Positions 47,186-59,480 of a stretch of 64,000 bases of DNA are shown here, piece by piece. The notes below the pieces were generated by a model. It saw only the letters and a program-made list of their open reading frames with translations, was not told the origin of the DNA and searched no databases. Origin of the DNA: Plasmodiophora brassicae (taxonomy: Eukaryota); assembly GCA_036867785.1 (NCBI GenBank), contig CP145418.1, positions 992,001 through 1,056,000 on the forward strand, read 5' to 3'. How positions within the stretch are numbered: the first letter of the stretch is position 1; the number at the start of each line of letters is the position of its first letter. A program made the translations under genes and the position numbers.

Positions 47186-48896
47186 ATGGTCGTGGTCGGG
47201 GGAGCGGGCGCGAGCGGGCGCCCGTCCAAGCCACGGATCGGGTTCACGCTGGCCAACGTCGTCGAGGAAGACCATGGCACCCCGATCTACGGGCTGTGCT
47301 TCAATGATGTCGACCCCGACCTGTGCGATTGTTTCGCGACGGTTGGTGCCAATCGGGTACGGAGCGTCGCCTTCGCTGCCGCGGAATTGGTGCATGACAT
47401 TACCGTCCCGGCAGGCGACTGTTTACAGATTGAACGAAAGAACGGGCGCGGTGGAACCAGAGCAGATTTATCGGGATTCCGATGTCAGATGTATTGTGGT
47501 AGTAGAAGCACCTGGCTTCCCGACTGACCTCGTGTGAGCACAGTCGAACGAAACCTTCTATACGTGTCTATGGATGGCACACTGGGCCACCGGCGCGCCT
47601 CTTCTCGTATGTGCTGGGTTAACCGGAAGTATTAAGGTATCGTCGCATGCCGAACAGATTGCTGTATGTGCTGACTGGCGTAGGTAATCGATTGCAGCAC
47701 CCGGGCGCCGATCAAGGCGCTTCTCGGCCATGTCGGAGCTGTCAACGAAGTTCGAGCATGCCCGACGAACCCGGTTCTTCTTCTTTCAGTACGCTCGTGA
47801 CGATGCCTGACGATGCCGTTCCACTTATTTGCCATTGCCAGGCCAGCAAGGATCGGTCTGTTCGTCTATGGAATATCGAAACGACGATATGCGTTGCCGT
47901 GTTTAGCGGCGAAGCAGGCCACATGAATGAGGTTCTTTGGCACGCTCCGGGGGGTGAGCACCGTTTGACGAAGTTCCCCAGGTTCTGTCTGCCGATTTCA
48001 GTCTTGACGGTCAGCGAATTGTCTCTGGTGGCATGGACCACTCTGTAAAGATTTGGGCTGTTGATGAGGTTCTCCAAGGCTTGATCGAACTATCTGGAAC
48101 GGTGATGGCTTTTGGTTCTGAGGAGCAGTATGCGTTCGTCTCACACGCACCCATCATTAGGATGCCTACAAGCATAGCGACCTCGATGACTGCAACCTTG
48201 CTCGGGCCCCATTCCCGACGAAGCTGTTCCAGTTCCCGATATTCAGCACCGATCGAGTGCATTCCAACTACGTCGACAATGTTCGGTTTTTTGGTGAGCT
48301 CTTACGTCCTGCCTGGCCCATTATCGCGCGCCTAACGTGCTCCAGGCGATATGATCCTGTCCAAATCTGTGGAGGAAAAAATCGTCCTGTGGGTACCGTC
48401 ATTCGAGAGGAAGACAGTCAACGAATCGGTACGTAACCGGTGGCATCATGGTGGGAGTTCCCCTTATCGATGATAATCAGTGCCCCGTCCGCGTACTTCA
48501 GGTTGTCCGCGTGCTGGTTCCTCATTGCAGTTGGAATATTCATGTGTCTCAGGAGTGCCTGTACAGTGACTGTGACATCTGGTACGTTCGGTTCTCCTTG
48601 GACAGGCCGATGAGATTAGTAGCGACCGGGAATTCGATTGGCAAGGTGTTTATCTGGGATGTTGGCGTGCCCGGCGCCGCTCCTCGTGTCCTGACATCCG
48701 CCAAATCGACGCGAACGATTCGCCATGTCGCGTTCAACCATAACAACATGTTTGTTGCATGCTACTCCCCAACAAACTGCTCACTAACACATTGGCCATC
48801 GCCAGTTTCTTGGTGGCGTCGTCCGACATTGGGTCTGTCTTCGTATGGCGACGACAGTCGAAGAAAGATAGTAAGGCTTCAGCCGCCTCGGAATAA
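47186..48896 (+). CDS. EED: Polycomb PRC2 WD40 subunit EED/ESC/FIE
   Basis: FATVGANR, ETFYTC, SKDRSVRLWNI, GGMDHSVKIW, VHSNYVD..RF.GD.ILSKS, CDIWYVRFS and GNSIGKVFIWD. Confidence 0.92.
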
Positions 48897-49049
48897 ATGT
48901 CTAATGTTGTATAGGGCGGTCCTCATATATATTGGAAGTCACAACTTCTCCATCTTACTTCGTCGACGATGCCGACCGTTTAAGCTTTGTGTAGACAATC
49001 TCTGGTGGTTGTGTCCTCATGATCTACAACGGCATGTCACATTGTCTCC

Positions 49050-49378
49050 CTATTTCCACAGCGCATTGGTCACCTCGGATATGTCGGTAATCGGTCCTCC
49101 AAGATACGGCACCCGGGGAGAAGTGCCCTTGCCTTTGACGATGCGTTCACGACCCAGAAGACCTAGGCCATTGCCGTTCTTGTCGAATCTGTGTGCATGC
49201 GTCCCTGTGTAGAGCTTCGGGTCCGTCACTTGTTTCACCGGGTCTCACTTCAGCAACCAAGGTAATATTCGAGCCATGAAACGGGACGCTTACATCGTTG
49301 CAGAGCTTCTTCCGGGGTGGACTGCTTGCGCTCCTTCGAGAATGTCCTCGGCGGTTGCTGGTCGGTCGGCGTTGTCAT
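49050..49378 (-). CDS. Small (~87 aa) partial p25alpha/TPPP-domain protein; intron 49293..49229
   Basis: Splicing restores QR^LTDPKLYTGTHAHRFDKNGNGLGLLGR, the RLTD..YTG.H..RF...GxGxGxxGR signature. Confidence 0.8.
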
Positions 49379-49560
49379 CAACTCCAGCGACGATTTGACG
49401 CGACGCCCTTCCTTTATCGGTGGCCGAAACGAGAGGCACGTGCCGCCTAGATATTCTCTCAAGCCATCGCACATTATAGACTTCCCCGAAACCTATGTAG
49501 GTACTTTGTATTTGATAACCGGAAACGTTTGATGTCCTGGACGCGTGCGCGGTCGCTCAT

Positions 49561-52501
49561 TTAGAAGTCTGCGTCCCAGTTGGTCCCATCATCGATGAAT
49601 TCTGGGAATTCGTCTTCCTCGTGTGGATATTCCTCGAAGTTGGCCAGATCCATGTTGTTCCTGATCTTCGGTATGATTGGCGCTTTCATCGTTCGGTTGA
49701 TGAGCGCGTCCCAGTCGAACCCCTTGAACCACGGGTGCTTCTTGATCAGGCGCGCGCCACCTTTGACGGCGCCCAACCGCTTCGCCGCCTTCGGATGCAG
49801 CAACCTCTGAATCAGATCGATCGACTCCTTACTGCAATGCTTCGGGAACGATATCGATCCATGCATGATCTTCGCGTACGTCTTCATCGGGTCCATGTCG
49901 TAAAATGGCGGGTACGACGCCAGCATTTCGTAGATGAGGATCCCCAACGTCCACCAATCCACAGCCTTCCCATGGCCTTGACCAGAAACGACTTCGGGTG
50001 CCAAGTAGTCTGGTGTCCCACATAGCGTCCACGTGTGGTCCTTGACGATTTTCGCGAAACCGAAGTCGGTGATCTTGAGATAGCCTTCGGCGTCGAGAAG
50101 AAGGTTCTCCGGTTTCAGGTCCCGGTATATGATATCGCGATTGTGCATGTACTCGAACGCCAGGACAACGGATGCAGCGTAAAACCTTGCTGTCTTCTCG
50201 TCGAACTGGATATGCGATCGAAGAACCTGACAGAGAACGCCGGTCAACACGGGCGGCCCGTACGACAATGCCGAATGGGCTTACGGAGAACAGCTCGCCA
50301 CCCAGACAGAGCTCGATCAAGAAATACAGGTAGTTCTGATCCTTCAGCGTTGCCCGTAGGCGAATCAGGAACGGGTGATTCAGCGACGCCATGACCATCT
50401 TCTCCGACATGATGTGATCCTGCTGGCCGAGCTGGACGACCTGGCTTTTGGAGACCTTTTTCAGGGCAAAGGTCTCCCCGGTCGGGATGTACTTGACCAA
50501 TTGGACATGCCCGAAACTGCCCCTGCCCAGCGTGCCTATGACCTGCAAGTCGGACAGCGCGACGGTCATCATGAGGTTGCCTTCTTCCTGTGGCACGGCC
50601 TGCCATGATCCGTTAACCACAGGCATCCACGATCAACGCGAAGTCCACCAGACCTCTGTGCCGCTCTTCAATTCCTTGGAGCTGTAGTGCTCCAGGTTCC
50701 TCTCCATGATCTCGGTAAGTGGGCCAAGGACGACGCTGAAAGCGTGCCTGTCGAGAGCCAGGCAATCGACAGGACCATCGACGGCTGCCACTGTCGCTGC
50801 TCTTGGTTCCGATTTAAGCAGCGCCCGTTCGCCGAAGAATTCGCCACGTTTCAGTTTCTGGACGACCTGTCGGCCGCCGTCCGCCGACTGAGGATCTTGT
50901 ATCGATACTTCAACGTTGCCACGAAGAATGACATAGAATGTTTCGCCTTCCGTGCCTTGCTCGACAATAATGGACCCTGTCCGCACCAATCAGCAACGTG
51001 GCTGCGAATTGCATATTACATCGTCCTCGTCTACCTTGTGGGAATGACACCTCCTCGAAAGCTTCAGCGGCTGCTGCTCGTTCCGAAGCCGTCAACGACG
51101 ACAGCAGCGGAACGGACGCCAGGAACCTTTCGTATTCAGTGCGTTTCTCAGATGTCACTTTCATGAGAATTTGCCTGCCTTCCATTCAGCGGGATTTATG
51201 CATGGTGGAAAGGACAGGGTTACCTGAATGTCGTACGGTTGACGGCCCAGAGTACGCCCGGCGTCGTAGAAATAACAGATGCCGCTCGTGGTGAATTGTA
51301 CATCAGGGCGAGTTCTCCAAAAGACGATCCCGGCCCTCGCCCTGCCACCACGTTCTCACCGCCATCCTTCGCCTTGGTGACAACGAACTCTCCCGTCTCC
51401 ACAACATAAAAGTAGTCACCGTGATCGCCCTGTGGTCGCGTTCACTGAGGTGCTCGTTCCGACCAGTCCATCAACCAGGCAATGTTACCTGCTTGATAAC
51501 GGCAACGTCTTTGAGCACTTCGACCCTGTACATCTGGGCAACAATTTCCTTGATCTGCCATGTGTCGAGGGTCGTGAACAGAACCTTGGCAGAGGTTAGA
51601 CAAAATTGTGAATGGACCCGGTTCGGCACGCACATTCTGCGATAGAGCCTTCTCTATGACAGCGCACGTCTCGGGCGATTTGTCATAGATCTTAGTCGCG
51701 TTCGTTGATGAAGCGGCTGCGGGCATGTCGTGTCTCATATTCTCGGCGGAAATCGCATTACGCTTCGCAAACTGGACATTCTGCACACCGGACAGATTAG
51801 CGGGAATGTCCCCATTCTGTTACAACGTACGCGGACCAGTTTGGATTTTTCGAAGAGCTTGTTGAAATCGTCGGCCTTCAGGACGAGGCAGGTGGTTGGG
51901 TCCGACGCGATGATTGTGGCCGCCCTCTTATCGTTGTTGATCAGCGCCGCTTCACCAAAGTAGTCGCCTTCCGACAGTGTCGCAATTGGCACGACTTCGC
52001 CGGTATCGGCATCACGTCTCTCCACTTTGGCTACAGTAGGGCGTTAAAGATGGCAAAGTGATGGGGCGCATCGGAGCAACGGAACGGACCTTTGCCTGAA
52101 CGGATGATGAAGAACTCCTTGCCGGGTTCATCCTGGGTGATGATGGCTGCGCCAGACGCGTACGTCTTCTCGACCAGCGCATTGGCGACTAGGGTGCGGT
52201 CGGCATCGGTCAAGTTGCACAGCACCGGCACCTTCTTCAAGTACTGCGATCGTAGTTCGACGTCGGGATCGCTGACCTTTACGGCAGGCGGCGCTGTCTC
52301 CACCGACACAGGCGCCTTGGCTTCGCCCTTTGTCGCCGACGCCTGCGGTTTTTCCTTTGCCTCATCCAGTTCGATTTTCTTCGGCGACGTTGCGCTAACG
52401 GACACGCCCTTCGTCGACGTGGTTGCCTCGACAGGTGACGGTTTCATCGGCTCGGCTTTGGCGGTTGCCACCTGGTCATGGTGACCGACACAATTGCCCA
52501 T
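49561..52501 (-). CDS. PKG: cGMP-dependent protein kinase-like (3 cyclic-nucleotide-binding domains plus AGC kinase)
   Basis: MGNCVG acylation motif; CNB motifs YFGEAAL...RAAT, FGELAL..SPRAAS and FFGERAL...PRAAT; kinase motifs [33 protein letters not shown]-terminus. Confidence 0.92.
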
Positions 52502-52679
52502 CACCGGAGAAGAACGCCGATGCAAGCAACCTCAAGGCGACTCCAGATTCTGGGCTAACGACAGGATCAAACAACCCTACCTAGTGCTGCGATCAAAATA
52601 TCCACGTGAGTACGATCGCTCCTCTGATGGAACCCCACACATCGTGCAACAACGTGACAGCCGACGTATGTATCACGTG

Positions 52680-54023
52680 TCATAACTTGGACGGCGGGGC
52701 ATCGACGATTCGCAATGGTGGCGCATGGTACTTGGGTGCGAACGTATTGTACAGTTTCGTTAACGCAGCAATGTATACCTGGACGCTCAAACCCAAATTA
52801 GTTTCGCGCTGAGCGTCGGACTCGCTGCTGACGTGCGAGACCTGCAAATAATGGTCGACTTGAGCTGGGGTAGGGTTCTCGATCTGTGGGATCGGAACCG
52901 GTCGACCCACAACCGTTGTTAGCGATACTGGCCTGGGGGAAAACACTTGTACGAGGGGAAGTGAATAGGCGAATCTGTTCTTCAGAAATTCCTGGAATCT
53001 GAGACACACGTCCTTTAAAAGGCACGCCTCCGCTTCCAAACAACATCGCGCTAGCTGACCGTCGAACCGAAGATCCAGGCGGATTCGTGATTAGTTGATC
53101 GTATATATCCGTCTCCCTGCAACAACGGACTCAGTCACTCCAGCAGCACTGCCGTAAGGATTCCTACCCGAACGAAAGCATGGGAACGATCGAGGTGCCT
53201 AACTGATTGGAGATACGTCAAACATGAGGTTCGACCACATGGACACGCACAGCCTACCTCCATAGCCATCCTTATAAACCCGGAGCGGCTGGCCAGCGTC
53301 AGATCCAGCGAGCCTGGCCGGCTGTCAAGCGCCTCTTCAGCCCCGCCAACAACGTTAACGACGCTGGTATTATGTCGCAGGCAGTAGCGAATGCTTTCGG
53401 GCGTTGCCTCGACGAAGCCTAAAGACAGGAATAGGTCCCGCAAGTAGGGGACCATGAAATTCAGGCTGACGGTCAGCACACGGTAATCCATTGTCGGCGG
53501 GAAGAACCCGTTCTCTGCCATTAGGTTGCCAAGGACAGCAATGCCGACGACCCCATGCGGGTGGGCAGCAACAATGACAGGCCTGCCGTCCGCCGATAAA
53601 TCACCACTATTGCAGCAGCCAGTCACCCTTGTGGATCCAGAGCGTAATACCGCATGCGACTTGGGCCTACCGCGATCCTTCGTAGACGATCTTCATGTCG
53701 AAATACCTTCGGAACAATTCAAAGATGAACGATTGGCGGAGACACTGAACAGGGCGCCCGCCTCGTGATGACGGTGTTCCCCCCTTCGCAACGTACTCCA
53801 CGGCGCTATACAGAATGTACAGCTAAACAGCACTACGATCAACACCAGTGCCCATCGACCAATCCATCAAGCACGACACCTTCAGCATCATCGGGGCGCG
53901 CCGCTCGACGACCCATCGCCGGACGTGCCGCACCAGGACGAACAGCACCAGGCCGGCCATGAGCGGGATGGCGCCCAGCGACATGCGCTCGAGCAGCGAT
54001 GGCCGTCTCTGCCCGACGTGCAT
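52680..54023 (-). CDS. DGAT2: Diacylglycerol/monoacylglycerol acyltransferase (DGAT2 family)
   Basis: HPHG catalytic motif, VVGGAEEAL, RSGFIRMAM, GETDIYDQ and VVGRPVPIP. Confidence 0.9.
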
Positions 54024-54045
54024 CGTCGGGCCCGACGGCTGATAA

Positions 54046-54071
54046 CCCCCCCCCCCCCCCCCCCCCCCCCC
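54046..54071. repeat. Poly-C tract, 26 nt, in the divergent DGAT2/IFT81 intergenic region
   Basis: Read directly from the sequence. Confidence 0.95.
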
Positions 54072-54284
54072 GAATCGTCGTACTTCACTAAAACAAAACT
54101 GCCCGTTGCCGTGATTTCTTCGCCCAGCGCAGCATGACACGTGCGGCGGCGCCCGCATCAGTGGACCAAAATAGACGGGGGACAGAGTGGTGATGATGGC
54201 TGCACCTCCGTTACCACCGTACACTACTGCCACGTGGCGCAACCACGTCTGACAGTAGGTGGCAGCAGGAGACGTGGTTGTACA

Positions 54285-56747
54285 ATGGAGGAACTGCGCC
54301 TCATTGTCGATGAGCTGAACAAGGCGCCGTTCTCGAAGGGGTTGACGCTGGTGACGCTCGATGAGAAGGCGCCGGCAGAGCTGCTGCAGATCGTCGTCGA
54401 CGTCCTGGCCGAAATGGACCCGAACCAGAAGAAGGACGTCAGGCACTCCGACAGGGACGACGTCGTGTACGCGATCGTTGATTTCGTCACGATGCTCAAC
54501 TATAAACCGGCGCTGGATAACAAGGCTGCGCTGCACCAGCAGTTTCTGAACGGTTGGCCTCTTAACGCGTTCACTTCCAGGTCTGACATTGCCCCCGCGA
54601 TGAGCAGGTGACCGCAGCACAGTACACGCATTGCTGCATTGGCTTCTTCGACCACAGGCAATGCCCGAATTCAAGACGAGGGCCTACCTGGCCCGGTTCC
54701 TGCGCCGCCTGGAGATTCCACAGCAGTTCTTCACGAATGACCCCAACGACCCGCTGCAGACGCTCAGCAAAGTCGGGATACGTTGTCGCATCTGCGAGCA
54801 TGTTCCAATGACCCCCCACTGCAGGAACTTCGCGCGCTCCAAGACCAGTTCATCAATGTGCACCGTCAGGTGTCCAAATTGCCTCCGGCTGGGGCATCGA
54901 CGGTGGCGTCGACGGCAACACGATCGGGGACGGCGCCTATGACGACGGCAGCGCTGACGAAAGCGATCGAGCAGATGGAGTCGGAGAAGGTCAAACTCGA
55001 GGCTAGCCTGGCCCGCATCCAGACCAAGATCGGCAGCGAGGCACAGTACCAGAACGTGGACTTCAAGGGCGTCTTCGAAGCGACAAGCCAGCTCCGCAAA
55101 CTCCAGGAGCAGCAGTCGCAGCTTCAGCGAAGGTTCGTTTGGCACACGACTAATCTGCAGTGACTAACAGTGCTTTCCGAAGCCTGCAGGAGCAGACGCA
55201 GCTGCTCAATCAGGCCCAGGTCAAGTACGACATGACGCATCGCAGGTGGCGCGACATGCACGAGAGGGAGTCGGCCGGGAAGGCGGTCGGCCCCGCCGAC
55301 ATCATCGAGCGTCTGAAAAGCGAGAACGATGGCATGGTGCTACGCCGGAACAAGGTCCTGTTCGAGGTCGGCGAGCAGCAGAAGAAGCTGAAGGACCTGG
55401 AGCGGGTCCTCAGCACGGAGCGATACACCGAAGATCACGTGGTCGCCATTGAGAACGAGCTGCGCGACGTTCGTCGCGAAATCGACCTGTTGAAGGTCAC
55501 CAAGGAGAACATATTCCAGAAGACCGATGACCAGCTACGCGTGTTCCGCAACCAGGCCACTGCCGTGGAGAACAGACGCAAAGCGATCGTCGCAGAGGTG
55601 ACGACGCTGCGTATTTCCCAAGATGTTACCTCCACCGACTAATCAAACTGGCAGGTGGCTGAGACGGAGAAGGAGGCGGTCGAGTTGCAGCGCGAAGTTC
55701 ACGACCTGGACGCTCAGCTGGGTATACAGGGCAACCGACCCCGAACGCAAGCCGATATCAAGAAGTACGTCTTTCGAAGGAATATCAAGAGGTGTTTGCC
55801 GATGTAAACGACGTACTGTAGGTACATGGCAGAACTCCAAGCAAAGACGACGACATACAAGACGCTAAAGCACAGGTTGCAGGAGGGCCGGACCGAGCTC
55901 GGCGTCCTGGTGCGAACCGAAGAGATCCTTCGTAGCCGGGACGACAACCTGTCGGACCTGATTCAGAACCTGGAGGCCGAGAAAGGTATTGCCGGGTACG
56001 AATTAACACAGGGTCGCATCGAGCAGGTGTCCCTCGCCAAGAGCGACATCGATGCCGACAAGGGTGCGACGCTGGAGACCATGTCCCAGGTCGTCAATCA
56101 GCTCATGGCCGAGATTAAGAATAAGAAACACGAACTGGCGCCGATGATCCAGGTGCGGTTACGTCACCTAAAACGGTATCCACGCACAGCGCTAATACCG
56201 GTGGGATTAGGATTTGAAAGAAAGGCGAGGCGCGTTCCAGGAGGTGGAGACAGCTTACATGGAGAAGAAACGCGTCTGGGACAACGTCGCCGTCGGGCTG
56301 GAGAACGACAGGTCGAAGCTGGAGTACGAACTGGATGACAATTCCACCGGGTTCTCCAGGGAAGAATCGCAGTTCCACCTGCTGAATAGCCTGATCCTGA
56401 TCGAGGAGAGCAAACTGGCGCGTTTGACCCGGGAGAAGGCAATGCTGAAGGATGGGAAAGAGGGCGTCCTGTTGGGCAAGTTTTCGAGCTACAAGCACAT
56501 GCTGGAATGTGGCATTCGGGATCGCGAGCAGCAGTCGAGGAACCTTCGCAAGCAGCAGAAGGACATGCAGACGGACCACGGCGACAACGTCCGGCAGCGG
56601 CAGTCGTTCGCCATCCTGCGCGCCTTGCTGCACGCCAAACTGCAAGCCTGGCAGGCGGCGCCCGAGGAGCGCACCGAGCACAACTTCCTCAAGATCCAGC
56701 AGAGCGACCAGGCTCCACCTGGCACGCCGGTCCACCCTACCGCATAA
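54285..56747 (+). CDS. IFT81: Intraflagellar transport protein 81
   Basis: MEELRLIVDELNKAPFSKGLTLVTLD, RAYLARFL, ELGVLVRTEEIL, LEAEKGIAGY, KGATLETMS and KKHELAPMI. Confidence 0.93.
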
Positions 56748-56882
56748 GCATTGAAATGTGCGGTTCATTCATCCCCCTCCCCACCCCTCCCCATCCAATC
56801 AGTGTTTGGGGGGCCCACGGGCCACTGCGCAACTTTTGTCGGCGCCTGTGGCGTCCATGACAGAAATAGGTCGTAGCTGGAG

Positions 56883-58177
56883 ATGGCTCCGAGTGTCGAC
56901 GGTGTCGATGATGTCGCGCTGCGCATGCAGATCGAGGAAGCGCAGCGCCTGTTGTTGACGTCGCCGGACGAGGACGTGCGTCTGTCGGCGCAGATGGTCC
57001 TGGAAGAGTGCCTGGCCATCCGTGAGCAGGCGCGCCTGCTCGCCGTCCATGCCGACCATCGATACGCCGAGCGGCTCGCTGCGAAATTCGACGAGTTGTC
57101 CGACAGCGACGACAATGAAACGCTGGATGATGAACCCGGGCGGGATGGATCGCCCTGTGCGGATTGCCTGATCTGTCTGGAACCGTGCCTGTCGGCGTTC
57201 CCAATGGAATGTGACCACATCTTCTGCATGGTGTGCGCCCGACGATACTGCTTGGTCGCATTGGAGGAAGCTGCGACGAAGATCCCGCTGCTGTGCCCCA
57301 TGCCGCAATGCGCTAAAGTCATATCGCCAGAGCATACGTCGCAAGTTGCTCTCCTCGATAATTCGTCGCAAGAAAAATTTGAAAGGTCACTGAGAACCTC
57401 TGCTATGGATTGGTTTACCATCTCATTCCCATTGCAGATTCGTCATCATGGCCGCCATGGTTGATCGCGAAACCGTGTTTTGTGTCAACGCCCGATGCGG
57501 TGCCGTGTTCGAAGTTCGAAGCGATGCGACAGGTTCGTCGCTGTTTCCTCTGCCGGGGCAGACGGTTCACGCCAACCAACAGGTCGATTGCAGTGCCCAC
57601 ATTGCCAGTCCCCGTTCTGTGTGTCGTGTCGTCGGGCTTGGCATGGTGGACAGACGTGCCTGGAAGCATCGCAGACTGCTGAAGACAAGGCCGTTGAAGT
57701 CCTGGCGCAGCAGCAGCAGGTACACGACGCGTGGTAGCGGCCAGGTCGATTTGTCTAAATTGTGAACGTGGACAGTGGCAGCATTGTCCTCAGTGTAATC
57801 GTCTGATCTCGAAGATCGAGGGGTGCAACCATATCACCTGCGTCTGCAAGTATGAATTCTGTTACATCTGTCGAGCGAGGTGGACGCGTGAACGATGCAC
57901 AGCCGGATGTGTATTGTTCGACCCGCAAGACGAGAACGCGGACGATGCACGATCATTCGGGACAATCGCGCTGGTCCTGTCTGGCGGGCGGTGGGGCTTC
58001 CTCACTCCGACAGGCGGCGAAGCTCTGTGGATGCGGCGTATCTTCTTCCATGTGTCCAATTTCAGGAGGCGCATCCAGCCATGTTCCCTGTACCGAGGCC
58101 AACCCGTTTCGTTCATCCTCGGCCCAGCTCGTGCACGTGGGCTGCCCCAGCAGGCACTCGAAATCGACTTGTTATGA
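56883..58177 (+). CDS. RBR (RING-IBR-RING) E3 ubiquitin ligase; 3' end uncertain
   Basis: RING1 CLIC..CDHIFCMVC..CPMPQC, IBR CPHCQSPFCVSCRRAWH, RING2 CPQCNRLISKIEGCNHITC.CKYEFCYIC. Confidence 0.9.
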
Positions 58178-58479
58178 ATGGACACGGCCCGCCACAGGAT
58201 GAGCCTCCATTCTCCAACCATTCTATCCCTGGTGTGCGCCTGGAACGATAGACGATCCTGGTATTACTCTTCCTCGCAGACGTGGACAGCGTTGGTTAGT
58301 AACGTAGTCTGGGCCTTCAAATGTCGCGTTGGCGGCTCCTATCACGACCCGCAGTCGTGCTAGTGTCTGTTGCATCTGCGGCCAGATGAACATCTCAGTG
58401 GAACGCTGTCCATAAGTTTGCTGGGTAGCCGAGGGCCACGAGCGCTAGTCCCGTCAGCATCTAGTGAATCGGCGAGGCC

Positions 58480-59318
58480 ACCGGACCTTCCAATAGTGGA
58501 CATCTGCATGGGAATGGCGACGAACATGCCTCGCGATAATCTCGTCCCGTTCTTGTCGTCGTTCCGGCGAGCAGCGGGGCCTACGCCTCGGATCGTTTTC
58601 TTCATCGATGAGTCCCCGGTGCCGTCAATGTCACGCATCACCACCTCCGTACGATGTCGAGCTGAGCACGTTCGATCTCGTGTCGCTGAACGCCTCCGTC
58701 AAGAACCGTACCAATTACCTGTGGTTCGTGATCCGCCAGTGGCTGTCGGAACAACGAAGACAGGTTTGATTCACGCTCTCGTATCATCATAATCGGTGTT
58801 CGCGATTCGGCCTTCCAAAGGAACCCCTTTGACATAATTGGCACCCGGAACGGGCTGCTCGCGACACTAGAGGGTTCCGGGTCCATCAGGGAGGTAAGCG
58901 GAAATAGATGCTGCCCGTTTCTGGGTCAGTCACGTTGACTTCCATGTAGATCTTCTATACCAAGTTGTGGGTCAATGACTGTTACGGGCCGGAAATGGTT
59001 CAAGCCATCGAATGGCATCGTGCTCCGTGGTCACGCTATGCCGAACTGATGACGGCATGGCTCAGCCTTTGTGCTGTCGAGCACGGCGGCACGGATCAGG
59101 GGACCCATAACTCCTTGATCTGGACGAACAAAATCCCCGACCCGCACCTGGTCGATCCGCGCGACGGTGACGTTGCCTATGACATGGCTGAAGCTGGCTC
59201 CACAATAATTGTCAACGGCGTCGTTGTCACCGTCCGGCACCAGCAGAGAAAGCGTTTCGCCATTGTCCATCAGATAGGAGACAGGATCTTGCCAGACTGT
59301 TCTCTAGCACGCTGTTAG
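58480..59318 (+). CDS. Glycosyltransferase-like protein, possibly degenerate
   Basis: Motifs VPFLSSFR, VRDSAFQRNPF, WVNDCYG, DQGTHN and IVHQ..DR resemble a GT-A-like family of protists. Parts look deleted and the start is unclear. Confidence 0.5.
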
Positions 59319-59480
59319 AATGATACACACCCATGATTTGAAGAAGGCGACTCTGTCCGGGTCTGCGTCGTCACTCGTCGGTTCGGTGTTTGAGCACCGA
59401 GCACGGGTCATTCTGCGCAGAGTGGAAACTGCGGCACCGCGGATTGTGGCCCTGCTGCCACCTCATATTTCTGTCAGGCC

